DNA of 64,000 nucleotides, taken from contig OZ024743.1 in the NCBI GenBank assembly GCA_964016885.1, positions 221,960,001-222,024,000 of the forward strand. Reading direction: 5' to 3'. This DNA comes from Eledone cirrhosa. Its lineage: Eukaryota. Both the position numbers and the translations under genes were made by a program. The notes beneath the pieces were generated by a model that was not told the DNA's origin, searched no databases, and saw only the letters and a program-made list of their open reading frames with translations. Positions 46,633 to 55,636 of the stretch are shown here, piece by piece. Position 1 is the first letter of the stretch; every line of letters begins with the position of its first letter.

Positions 46633-46700
46633 TAGGAGAAGGCAACTCAGGAAACTGGGATAACTCCGACATAAGACCTGCGGCACAGTAATTACCGATG
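46549..46700 (+). mobile_element. RTE-clade 5' UTR-like sequence
   Basis: CCCTAGCC...GGCA...CTAGGAGAAGGCAACTC resembles the conserved CCTAG...CTAGGAGAAGGAAAACTC motif of RTE 5' UTRs and RTE-derived SINEs (recalled, not searched). Confidence 0.4.
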
Positions 46701-46833
46701 ATGTTGATCTTTTCTTCTTTTCGGGTAATAGCTACTGTCGCTCAGAGAGTGGGATTGGCTCAGTCTTTCCTCACTTAAAAAAAAATCTTCACGCAGAGGC
46801 ATTGCACGATAGCATTAATTGATCATTATTAAT

Positions 46834-47023
46834 ATGGATTGGCAGTATCGGTAGAGGGTCGGACGCCAGGCTTTGACGCATAGAGTTACGGCCCTTGCCA
46901 TTCTGAGTTCAAATCCCACCGAGGTTAACTTTGCCTTTCATCCTTACGGGGTCGATAAAATAAAGTACCAGTAATACACTGGGATAATTGCTGGCTGTGT
47001 GCCTAAAAGTAGAAACAATTATT
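46834..47023 (+). mobile_element. tRNA-derived SINE
   Basis: A box TGGCAGTATCGG, B box GAGTTCAAATCC, conserved core GCCTTTCATCCTTACGGGGTCGATAAAATAAAGTACCAG, tail GCCTAAAAGTAGAAAC. Many homologous copies in the window. Confidence 0.88.
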
Positions 47024-47070
47024 AATAATGTTATATCGTGCAAAGCCATACTCGATAATGAGGAGGCATC

Positions 47071-47200
47071 ATGTATGTATGTATGTATGTATGTATGTAT
47101 GTATGTATGTATGTTTGTATGTATGTATGTATGTATGTATGTATGTATGTATGTATGTATGTATGTATGTATGTATGTTTGTTTGTTTGTTTGTATGTAT
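47071..47200 (+). repeat. (TATG)n/(TTTG)n microsatellite
   Basis: Direct inspection. Confidence 0.97.
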
Positions 47201-47210
47201 TTCAACAAAA

Positions 47211-47334
47211 TTAATATAGAAATAACTTCTACTAGATACTAGAACTGTTTTATTCGAAGGAAATCATCAGAAAAGCCTGATGATTTCCTTCGAATGCGAC
47301 AGTTCTAGTCCTGTAGAAGCCATTTCTATATTAA
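47211..47334. repeat. Imperfect inverted repeat (about 60-bp arms, 6-bp spacer)
   Basis: TTAATATAGAAAT..CTTCTAC..ACTAGAACTGT..ATTCGAAGGAAATCATCAG-aaaagc-CTGATGATTTCCTTCGAAT..ACAGTTCTAGT..GTAGAAG..ATTTCTATATTAA. Confidence 0.92.
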
Positions 47335-47410
47335 ATCTTCTTGTATACGCTCTACTATTGTACTGAGTACCTTACTTAATGTTGTTACCTACCCCCGATT
47401 TAAGCTGGGA

Positions 47411-47413
<3 letters not shown>

Positions 47414-47480
<67 letters not shown>
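47414..47480. repeat. (TA)n microsatellite
   Basis: Direct inspection. Confidence 0.98.
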
Positions 47481-47481
<1 letters not shown>

Positions 47482-47664
47482 CCGATACATGTATAATGTA
47501 TATGTGTTCATACAATCAAACATCCATTGATTTGTTATCATTGGTAAATGGAAAATGTAAATGTATATTATCGATGTGGCAAATAAAAGGGAATTTTCAT
47601 CTACTAATTGCAAGGATAATTTTACTTAATCGTAATTTTTCAACTTATTATGTGATATATGTAA

Positions 47665-47885
47665 AGGCGTTGGATTGACAGACTCGGTAGAGCGTCGGAC
47701 AACATGTTTTGTGGCATATAGTTATGCCCATTTACGTTCTGAGTTCAAATACCGCCGAGGTTAACTTTACCTTTCATCCTTACGGGGTCCATAAAATAAA
47801 GTACCAGTAACACACTGGCGTTGATTTAATCGATTTTCTCCATTTCTCCAAATTGTAAGCCTTATGCCTAAATCAGAAACCATTA
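47665..47885 (+). mobile_element. tRNA-derived SINE
   Basis: A-box-like head, GAGTTCAAATAC B box, CCTTTCATCCTTACGGGGTC core, GCCTAAATCAGAAAC tail, followed by an (ATC/ATG)n tract. Confidence 0.85.
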
Positions 47886-48087
47886 TGATGATCATGATTA
47901 TCATGATGATCATCATGATTATCCTCATTATCCTATTCCCTCCTCCTTCTCCAACCATAATCATTATCAATATCATCATCATCATCAACAACGACAACTT
48001 TTTCCTTCCCTAAAATTGTTGGCTTTGTGCCTAAGTGTCTAAGTCAGAAACCATTACAAGTGGTATATGTAAAAGAAGACGGCATTT

Positions 48088-48503
48088 GTTTCTACTAATA
48101 ATTGTTTCTACTTTTGGCACAAGGCCAGCAATTATCCCAGTGAATTACTGGTACTTTATTTTATCGACCCCGTAAGGATGAAAGGTAAAGTTAACCTCAG
48201 CGGGATTTGAACTCAGAATGGCAAGGGCCGTAACTCTATGCGTCAAAGCATGGCGTCCGACCCTCTACCGATACTGCCAATCCACCGCCCTTTCTACTAA
48301 TAATTGTTTCTACTTTAGGCACAAGGCCAGCAATTACGCAGTTCATTACTGGTACTTTATTTTATCGACCCCGTAAGGATGAAAGGCAAAGTCAACCTCG
48401 GCGGGATTTGAACTCAGATCGTAAAGGGACGTAACTATGCTGGAAAGCATGGCGTCCAACCCTCTACCGATACTGCCAATCCACCGCCCTTTCTACTAAT
48501 AAT
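48088..48503 (-). mobile_element. Two tandem SINE copies (about 200-bp units)
   Basis: Reverse complements of the 46834 SINE. TTTCTACTAATAAT occurs three times, before, between and after the units. Confidence 0.88.
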
Positions 48504-48792
48504 GTCTTCTAGTATTGTCTTCCAGCGAAAATATCCGCAAGGTAAACGGTAAAAGATTTATCTCCTCGGTGTGAGAAGAAACGAGAAAATAAAACAAATG
48601 TTAGACTTGTCAGGCATGTTAACACTTTTGTCATCATATTTCTACTGAACTACACATTATTTCAATTAATCAATGAAGAATTTTGAAGGTTGTACAAAAA
48701 TTATTAATTATTTGATTACTAAAATAGAGCAAAGTCTGAATCATTTGATGTTGAAAATTCAAACTGTATTTCAAAGTTTTCTTCTTCAACAG

Positions 48793-48880
48793 CATTCAGT
48801 TCAGAGATTATTTCAGGAGATACATGTGTCGGTAGTTCTTGGATGTGCGGTAATGGACGTCTGGCACAAAGGATATCAGG
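48793..48880 (+). CDS. Candidate internal coding exon of an unidentified host gene
   Basis: Acceptor TTTTCTTCTTCAACAG and donor GG|GTAATC flank 88 bp of non-repetitive sequence with an open frame FSSEIISGDTCVGSSWMCGNGRLAQRIS. No transcript evidence. Confidence 0.3.
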
Positions 48881-49067
48881 GTAATCAACATTTCCTTTCC
48901 TTTCCTCTTCTCTTTAAGTCCTTTCCGAGTTGGTTACACAATACAGAAATAACATTATTTAATGATTAGTTGGCTCAGGCCAAACCATTGGCAACATGCA
49001 TGGGCATAGATTTTCTTTTCATTTGCAACCATTGGCGAAGGTTTGTATGGCAAGTATTGCAGCACAC

Positions 49068-49365
49068 ATGCGAGGTCCAAATCTTCCGAGGTCAACTTTG
49101 CCTTTCATCCATTCGAAGTTGATAAAAACGTTCCAGTCTAGAAATGGAGTCGATTCTTCCTTTATATCTCTTTCTCACTTCCATTCTCTAACTCTATCTT
49201 TCTCTTTTTTAAAAGAAAAACGCCCTAGTAACGCCGTGTATTAATATGGCACCCTGAAACTCCCTCGGGAATTGCGGGACTGCCGAGCTCCTCCACAAGA
49301 TCGGAGCGTCGGCAGCTTGTCTGAAGAGGGTCCCCGCGAGGTTGGGTGGCTGTTGCAGCGGGTGT
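49068..49365 (+). mobile_element. SINE core plus CT-rich tract plus GC-rich structured extension
   Basis: GAGGTCAACTTTGCCTTTCATCC core followed by a segment that is near-duplicated at about 50250-50466. Confidence 0.7.
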
Positions 49366-49867
49366 CATTGTCCATCGTCCGGGGGAATGCTTATGCTGTC
49401 TTGTCCGCGGGACACAGCACCTCTGCCTCCTTGCCCTAGACCCAAAGCCCAATCACCCTCCCCCCTCACCCCCTCTCTTTTGCGACACCAGAGCCCTTGC
49501 CAACCCCTCCCTTTCCCGTTCTTTTCCTTCTTTCTTTCTCTCTTTTTTTTTCGATATTTCCCTATCCTTTCTTTCCTTTCTTACTTTTTTGCTTTTGAAT
49601 AAATTTGTTTTTTTTTAAAAAGAAAAAGGAAAATAGTAACATACGATTCTCTTTTAAAATTATATTGGACATTTTTAATTTAAATAAGAACCCTTTGAAA
49701 TGAGTAGTTTTATTTCGTAGGACCCAACATGCCGGGCTAATATCAAAAGGATTAAATCAGAAATGAGAGCTCTGCGAGCAAAATTATAGCCGAAGAACGA
49801 AGTTTGAAACTGTTAGTTATTGTTATATATCGTCATCGTAGAGCCTTGAAAATAATATGTTTATCAG

Positions 49868-50048
49868 CAGACCTGTCAACACTCCCCCTCAGACGGGGAG
49901 CTCTCTCACCCACTTTGGGGTGGGTGAGAGATGTCTTCTCTTGTGAAAACGGGTATAGCTTTCATTATGTAAAATCTCTCCATTTTGCCTCATTTCTCCC
50001 CGTTTTCATGATACTCCCCGTTTGGGGTTTTAGAGGTTAGCAGGTCTG
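49868..50048. mobile_element. hAT-type MITE
   Basis: TIRs CAGACCTGTCAAC / GTTAGCAGGTCTG. Flanking 8-mers TTTATCAG and TTTACTAG match at 6/8, consistent with a decayed 8-bp TSD. Repeated subterminal CTCCCCGTTT motifs and an internal 12-bp hairpin TCTCTCACCCAC/GTGGGTGAGAGA. Confidence 0.75.
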
Positions 50049-50249
50049 TTTACTAGTCTCTTATTACGATCAAAAGAATGTATGGCTGAATAATGAACTT
50101 TTTTCAAAATAGGTTTATTCACGAACTATAATATATGTGTATGACTTGAAAGCAATGATTCCTAACCGGGGTCTGTAAAAGTAGTACTATATTTAAAATC
50201 TCAAGTACTTAGTTAAAAATATAATATACACATGCTATTAGATATCCAT

Positions 50250-50466
50250 TCTTCTCTTTTATCTCTTTTGATAGTTATTTCCATTCTCTAACTCTATCTT
50301 TCTCTTTTTTAAAAGAAAAACGCCCTAGTAACGCCGTGTGTTAATATGGCACCCCTGCAACTCCCTCGGGAATTACGGGACTGTCGAGCTCCTCCACAAG
50401 ATCGGAGCGTCGGCAGTCTGTCTGAGGAGGGAGCCCCGCGAGGTTGGGTGGCTGTTGCAGCGGTGG
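50250..50466 (+). repeat. Second copy of the CT-tract plus structured extension
   Basis: Near-identical to 49150-49365 (CCATTCTCTAACTCTATC...GGTTGGGTGGCTGTTGCAGCGG). Confidence 0.9.
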
Positions 50467-50644
50467 GAAAATCCGTTTAAACAAAAGAAGTCCATGGTAG
50501 TAAAATCGTCGGAAACCAGTGATTTCGGCACTATATGTGCCAATTTGTGATAGCACTAGCTCAGCGAGACTCTACCTCTGAGACTGAGGAATTGTAACGT
50601 AACAACTTAAAATACTCTCAATATGGCTAAATTTAATATACATA

Positions 50645-50974
50645 CCGTGTATACTTATATATAATGCGACCACTGATTTTTTTTATACAGATTTTTTTTT
50701 CATTGAGTTCGTCTATAATGCGACTCTAGATTTTTTTTAGTAATACTATAGATTTTAAGCAGCGAACATAGTGAATAATGATTTGCTCTTCGTATAGTAA
50801 CAGAAAGAAAATATCTAGGCTACAGGGGGGGGGGGTTAAAGGAGCTTACCAGTAATATTAATGCTAGCCAACAGTACTGTGAAAATATACCAAATATTTG
50901 TGTATAATACGACCCCTATTTTTGAGTGAAAATTTGATCATAAAAACCCTCACTATGCTCGAGTATATATACGA
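50645..50974. mobile_element. Decayed pogo/Tigger-type non-autonomous DNA transposon
   Basis: TA|CCGTGTATACT... and ...CGAGTATATATACGA|TA imperfect TIRs with TA flanks. Repeated internal TATAATRCGAC motifs. Confidence 0.55.
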
Positions 50975-51059
50975 TAAATATTTTGTATGTGGATTTATAT
51001 GCGCCTTTATTCTAAATATGTTGTACTCTTTGATAACTGTAGACAGCATCATCATTAAT

Positions 51060-51510
51060 CGATGTTAATTTTGGATTCATGGAACATTTTTTTCTTGTTA
51101 TTGACCACCATTTATCACTTCTGTCATAGATCCAATGGACCATAGAAAGAATTATCGAGAATGTTACAATACAAGCAATGTCCATAGAAAATCCATTAGA
51201 TAATCCCGAAAATAAATATATCGATGATGATAGGATTGCAATCGGAAAAGATATTGAATTCGCACAAACATTTTTCAGATGAGGAAGTTATCGACAGCAA
51301 TTTGTTCCAACACAGATGACGATAGAAATAAAAAAAAGTGATGTGGTATCTTGGTTTAAAACGCAGTCGAGCATCAATACGCTTTCTTATTTTTAACAGA
51401 ATCCAAAGTTCTCTGTGTAAGCAAGCGTGTATTCTTAAAATACAATAATAACCACAAAACAAAAGTCTACGAAACAAAGCGACGTAGAGAAATTCTGAAA
51501 AGAAAATTGT
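51060..51510 (+). pseudogene. Possible decayed C-terminus of a pogo/Tigger transposase
   Basis: Broken frames give ILDSWN, an acidic FSDEEVID stretch and a terminal KQSDVEKF resembling the QxxIxxFF PIP-like end of pogo-family transposases. Multiple stops and frameshifts. Confidence 0.3.
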
Positions 51511-51644
51511 ACATCCACAGATTAAACAGAGCACTTAGGAGAATTTTAAAATTACTTTTTGAATTTTTTCTGCAACAATTTTTCCTTTAATTACTGATTA
51601 TTTCTTTAAAATACTATATTTGGTTTATGTCTTTACTGTGCAAT

Positions 51645-52048
51645 TAATAATTATTTCTACTTCTAGCACACGACTAGGAATTTGAAGTGAAGGAGAAAAT
51701 CGACTAAATCGACCCCAGTGCGTTACTGCTACTTTATTTTATCGACCCCGTAAGGATGGAAAGCAAAGCTTACCTCAGGGCTGTAACTCTATGCCACAAA
51801 CCATATTGTCTGACGCTCTACCGATACTGCAAATCAGCCCCCTCTGCAATAATAATTGTTTCTACTTTTGGCACAAGGCCAGCAATTATCCCAGTGTATT
51901 ACTGGTACTTTATTTTATCGACTCCGTAAGGATGAAAGGCAAAGTTAACTTCGGTGGGATTTGAACTGAGATCATAAAGGACCGTAACTCTTTGCTGCAA
52001 AGCATGGCGTCCGATCCTCTAACGATACTGCCAATCCACCGCCCTCTG
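51645..52048 (-). mobile_element. Two tandem SINE copies
   Basis: Two reverse-complement copies of the SINE core (TTTATCGACCCCGTAAGGATG) and head (CGATACTGCCAATCC). The first has lost its B-box region. Confidence 0.85.
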
Positions 52049-52258
52049 CAATAATAATACATTTCTGTATTCTTTATTTTCTTTGCAGTCAGTTTCGTAG
52101 GCATTAACCACCTGAGAGTACAGGACACAACACAATTGACAGTGGGAGTTTGGATCTTTTGTGTTCGGAACCTGGTGTATATGTTTATGTTTCACGAACG
52201 CACACTCACGCATTTAAATAATATGTAGAGTCATACAATATTTTAGATTTTTGAGAAA

Positions 52259-52296
<38 letters not shown>

Positions 52297-52360
52297 CATT
52301 ATAAAGAAAGAAGAAACATTAGATATAATAAGATATACCATACCCAAATTCCTTCACTAG

Positions 52361-52453
52361 TCCTCGACTACGTAGTTTCGTGGCATATTATGCAAAAACA
52401 CTACATCACAGAGATACAGTATTTTTGTGAGGTCTGCCGACTTATCAAGAGGA
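52361..52453 (-). ncRNA. Type I hammerhead ribozyme motif (U3-A8 core variant), left arm
   Basis: Minus strand reads TCCTC-TTGATAA-GTCGGCA...TGCCAC-GAAA-CTACGTA-GTC-GAGGA: stem I TCCTC/GAGGA, stem II closed by G-C, palindromic stem III ACTACGTAGT, GUC triplet. Confidence 0.72.
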
Positions 52454-52616
52454 TACCTCATTTAGAGTTTCAAAACACATCCGTAGGACGCGAGATAGAA
52501 TCCCGAAAGGCGGAGGGGGAGTCAATCACGTGATACAGCGGTCAAGAAACAGAGCTAAGCCTCTTACAACCAAGAAAAAATACCACAAAGGCGGCGGGGT
52601 AACTCTAAATGAGGTA

Positions 52617-52709
52617 TCCTCTTGATAAGTCGGTAGACCTCACAAAAATACTGTATCTCTGTGATGTAGTTTTTTTGCATAATATGCCACGAAACTACGT
52701 AGTCGAGGA
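52617..52709 (+). ncRNA. Type I hammerhead ribozyme motif (U3-A8 core variant), right arm
   Basis: TCCTC (52617-21), TTGATAA (52622-28), stem II GTCGGTA...TGCCAC, GAAA (52691-94), CTACGTA, GTC (52702-04), GAGGA (52705-09). Confidence 0.72.
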
Positions 52710-52947
52710 CTAATAGGGAATTTGGGTATGGTATATCTTATTATATCTAATGTTTCTTCTTTCTTTATAATGTATTATATATATATATATATGGAGGAAG
52801 TTGTAGTTCACGTGAAGCACTGTGTAATGAGGTATAAACGTTTGGAGTTGTAAGGCCAAGACAATGCAGGTATGGATATAGAATATAAATGCAAATGCAA
52901 AAGATATTGTTGACAATTAGTCTTTTACCTTAAATTTATTTGAATAT

Positions 52948-52982
52948 CCTTAATTTTCGAGATAATATCTCTTCGTCGGAGG
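52948..52982 (-). ncRNA. Minimal hammerhead-like motif in pseudo-LTR
   Basis: Minus strand CCT-CCGACGA-A-GAGAT-att-ATCTC-GAAA-AT-TA-AGG. Confidence 0.5.
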
Positions 52983-53394
52983 GAAGTAAAGGGGTTAATC
53001 CAGTGCTCTAATTAGCTTGTCAAGTCATGCTGACAGGAAATGGTATCGAGATTCCATTCTATCTCTAATGTCAGAGAGTGAAGGTTGGGTGGATAAAGAG
53101 TAGTCTCCCTTTAAAAGGGGTTTTGTACATGTATGTTTAAGTGTGTGGGAGAATACGTGAAGGCGTAAGTATGCGTATGTGTGTGTGTGAGTGTGATAAG
53201 ATATGTCTATACGTAAATGTGGGGGCTAGATGCTCTATCATGTTAAAACTGGTCTTTGTGTGTGTATGTGTGTGTGTGAGAGAGAATAAGTGGAGGTGTA
53301 AGCGTGTATGTGTATGTGTGTGCGTGTGTGTGTGTGTGCGTGTGTGTGTGCGTGTGTGTGTGAGAGGGGTGTAAGTGTGCAGCTAGGTGCACTA

Positions 53395-55023
53395 TCATGT
53401 TAAAAATTGGGTGTTGAGTTCTAGTCTATTATTGATTGGTGGTTGTGTTTTGTCTATAATCAGTGCTTCCTTAATTCTAAGATTGCCGAGGTTTCTTTCC
53501 TTAGTTTCTATCCTAACTGTTATGTTTTTGTCGGTGTTTTTCCATTTCACTAGGTGTTTCTTAAATGAGGAATCGTTAGTATTGAGGTGTTCTTTTATTC
53601 TTATGTGAAGTGGTCTGGTGATACTACCTACGTAGAAATTGCTGCATTTGTCGCACACTAATCTGTATACGACGCAGGCCTGGTGGCATAGGTCTGTGTC
53701 TTTGATGGGGCAGTTGGCTAGCCTGCAGCGGCTGTCATGTCTGGTGGAGTGTCTTTTGGTTAACTGTCCGCGTAGAGAAGGTCCTGGGTGGGCTAGTTGG
53801 ATATCTAGTCCCTCTCGTCTGATAGCTCTGCGGATGGCTGTTTCGTCGCTGAAGTGTGGGAGCTTCAGGAAGCAGGTGTTAGTGCCTCGGGTGTGGTGTC
53901 CTCTGTTCTTTCTGGCATGGTTCGTGGTGGACGTCGGGTATCCGTTCAGTTTGAGTACTTCCAGGAAATGTGTGGTGTGTGTGTCTCGGTCTCTTGCGTC
54001 GGAGCATTTGTTCCGGATACGTGTTAATTCCTTCCTAATGTATCCGAAGTTAGCGCCGGCTGGGAGGGCCGATCTTAAGAATGTTGTGTATATTTTATCC
54101 GCCTCTTCACGGGATGATGTAAGGATGAGTATGTCATCTACATATCGTGTGAAGAAGGTATGGGAATGGCAGGTGCTGAGGGCTCAGCATTCTAGCTGGT
54201 TCATATAGGTGATGGCCAGCAGGCCCGATAGACTGGATACAGTGGATGTCCGCTGCGATCACGCAGTCCGTCAATAAATCGACAGCTGGATGAGCGGGGA
54301 CTGTAATGTAGAGGGAGACAACGTCGAGGCTAAAGGCGTATCTATTTAGTTTAAGTTGTTCTGGCTGGAGTTGGTGTAGTCTACGTATCACCTCGTCGGA
54401 GCTACTGACATACCCGGGAAAGGTGCAGAGTAGTGGCTTGAGGACCTGGGAGAGGAGCCATGAGATTTTGTATAGGGGTCCTTCTATGCTAGAGACGATA
54501 GGTCTTATTTGTGTCTTAGTACTATTGTTGTGGGTCTTGATGAGGTGATAGAAAGTGGGCAGTCTGCTATTTCTAGTGGTGTAGATGGACTTAACTTTAT
54601 TTGGGAGTTGTCTTCTCCTACAGATGTCGAACCAGATGGAGTTGGCCTGTTTTTCGATCTGGGCTGCAGTCATGTCCGGGATCTCTGTATATAGTTCGTT
54701 GTCGCTTAGGTGTTCAAAGGCTAGGTTGTTGTATGTGGCTTGAGAGATGACACAAAACTCTTTACCTTTGTCGGATGGTAAGTATATAAGTTCCCTATTC
54801 CGCAGGTTCTTCAGGGCGAGTTGTTGTGTCCTGGAGAGGTTTGGGGCTATCTTCTTCTGTTTCCGTAGGATGTTAAATACGGAATGCTTTAGCCTCGAGA
54901 GTTTTTCTTCAAGCTCGCGGTTGGCAGGCGGTGGGCAGAGTGGGCGATCCAGTTGGTATATCGGGAATCTGGGTGTGTTAGATTCCGTGGTGTTGTTGCC
55001 GAGAGTCGATATCCATTTTAGTT
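53395..55023 (-). pseudogene. Fragmented PLE RT/GIY-YIG ORF
   Basis: ORF 54134-55039 has PSDKG, RPIVS and SLDVVSLY; YVDD is present near 54130-54145; ORF 53395-53658 has CDKC...YVGSITRPLHIRIKEH. Frames are broken by deletions. Confidence 0.92.
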
Positions 55024-55025
55024 TG

Positions 55026-55636
55026 TAGACAAAACACAACGACCAATCAATAATAGATTAGAACTCAACACCCAATTTTTAACATGATAGAGCACCTAGC
55101 CCCACACTTACACCCCCCTCTCACACACACGCACACACACACGCACACACATACACACACACGCTTACACTGCCACTTATTCTCTCTCACACACACATAC
55201 ACACACAAAGACCTGTTTTAACACGATAGAGCATCTAGCCCCACATTTATGTATAGACATATCTTCTCACACTCACACACACACACGCGCGCGCGCCTAC
55301 TTACGCCTTCACGTATTCTCCCACACACTTAAACATACATGCACAAAACCCCTTTTAAAGGGAGACTACTCTTTAGCCACCTAACCTTCACTCTCTGACA
55401 TTAGAGATAGAATGGAATCTCTATACCATTTCCTGTCAGCATGACTTGGCAAACTAATTAGAACACTGGATTAACCCCTTTACTTCCCTCCGAAGAAGAG
55501 ATATTATCTCGAAAATTAAGGATATTTAAATAAATTTAAGGTAAAAGACTAATTGTCAACAATATCTTTTGCATTTGCATTTATATTCTATATCCATACC
55601 TGCATTGTCTTGGCCTTACAACTCCAAACGTTTATA
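55026..55636 (+). repeat. 5' pseudo-LTR
   Basis: Direct repeat of 58150-58760 (TAGACAAAACACAAC...CTCCAAACGTTTATA) including the internal (CA)n tracts. Confidence 0.93.
55487..55521 (+). ncRNA. Minimal hammerhead-like motif in 5' pseudo-LTR
   Basis: CCT-CCGAAGA-A-GAGAT-att-ATCTC-GAAA-AT-TA-AGG. It differs from the other two copies only at core position 7. Confidence 0.5.

Larger units (their letters stand above)
52291..52778. mobile_element. Fold-back element: about 178-bp inverted arms around a 131-bp spacer, embedded in (TA)n
   Basis: 52291-52469 is the near-perfect reverse complement of 52601-52778 (a few substitutions, one 1-bp indel). (TA)n lies on both sides. Confidence 0.93.
52793..55025 (-). 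mobile_element. Penelope-like element, inverted 5'-truncated copy with internal deletions
   Basis: Reverse complement of about 56330-58760, extending to the equivalent of 55676. It lacks the equivalents of about 57117-57212 and about 57377-57530, and ends in (TA)n. Confidence 0.95.

Noticed and set aside
44451-47678. YI/CV/MYVC-rich ORFs
   Set aside because: Translations of TA/TG/TATG microsatellites that lack stops by construction.
49240-49365. HDV-like or permuted hammerhead ribozyme in the GC-rich module
   Set aside because: I could not build the P1/P1.1/P3 topology on either strand, and the GAAAC in copy 1 is GCAAC in copy 2.
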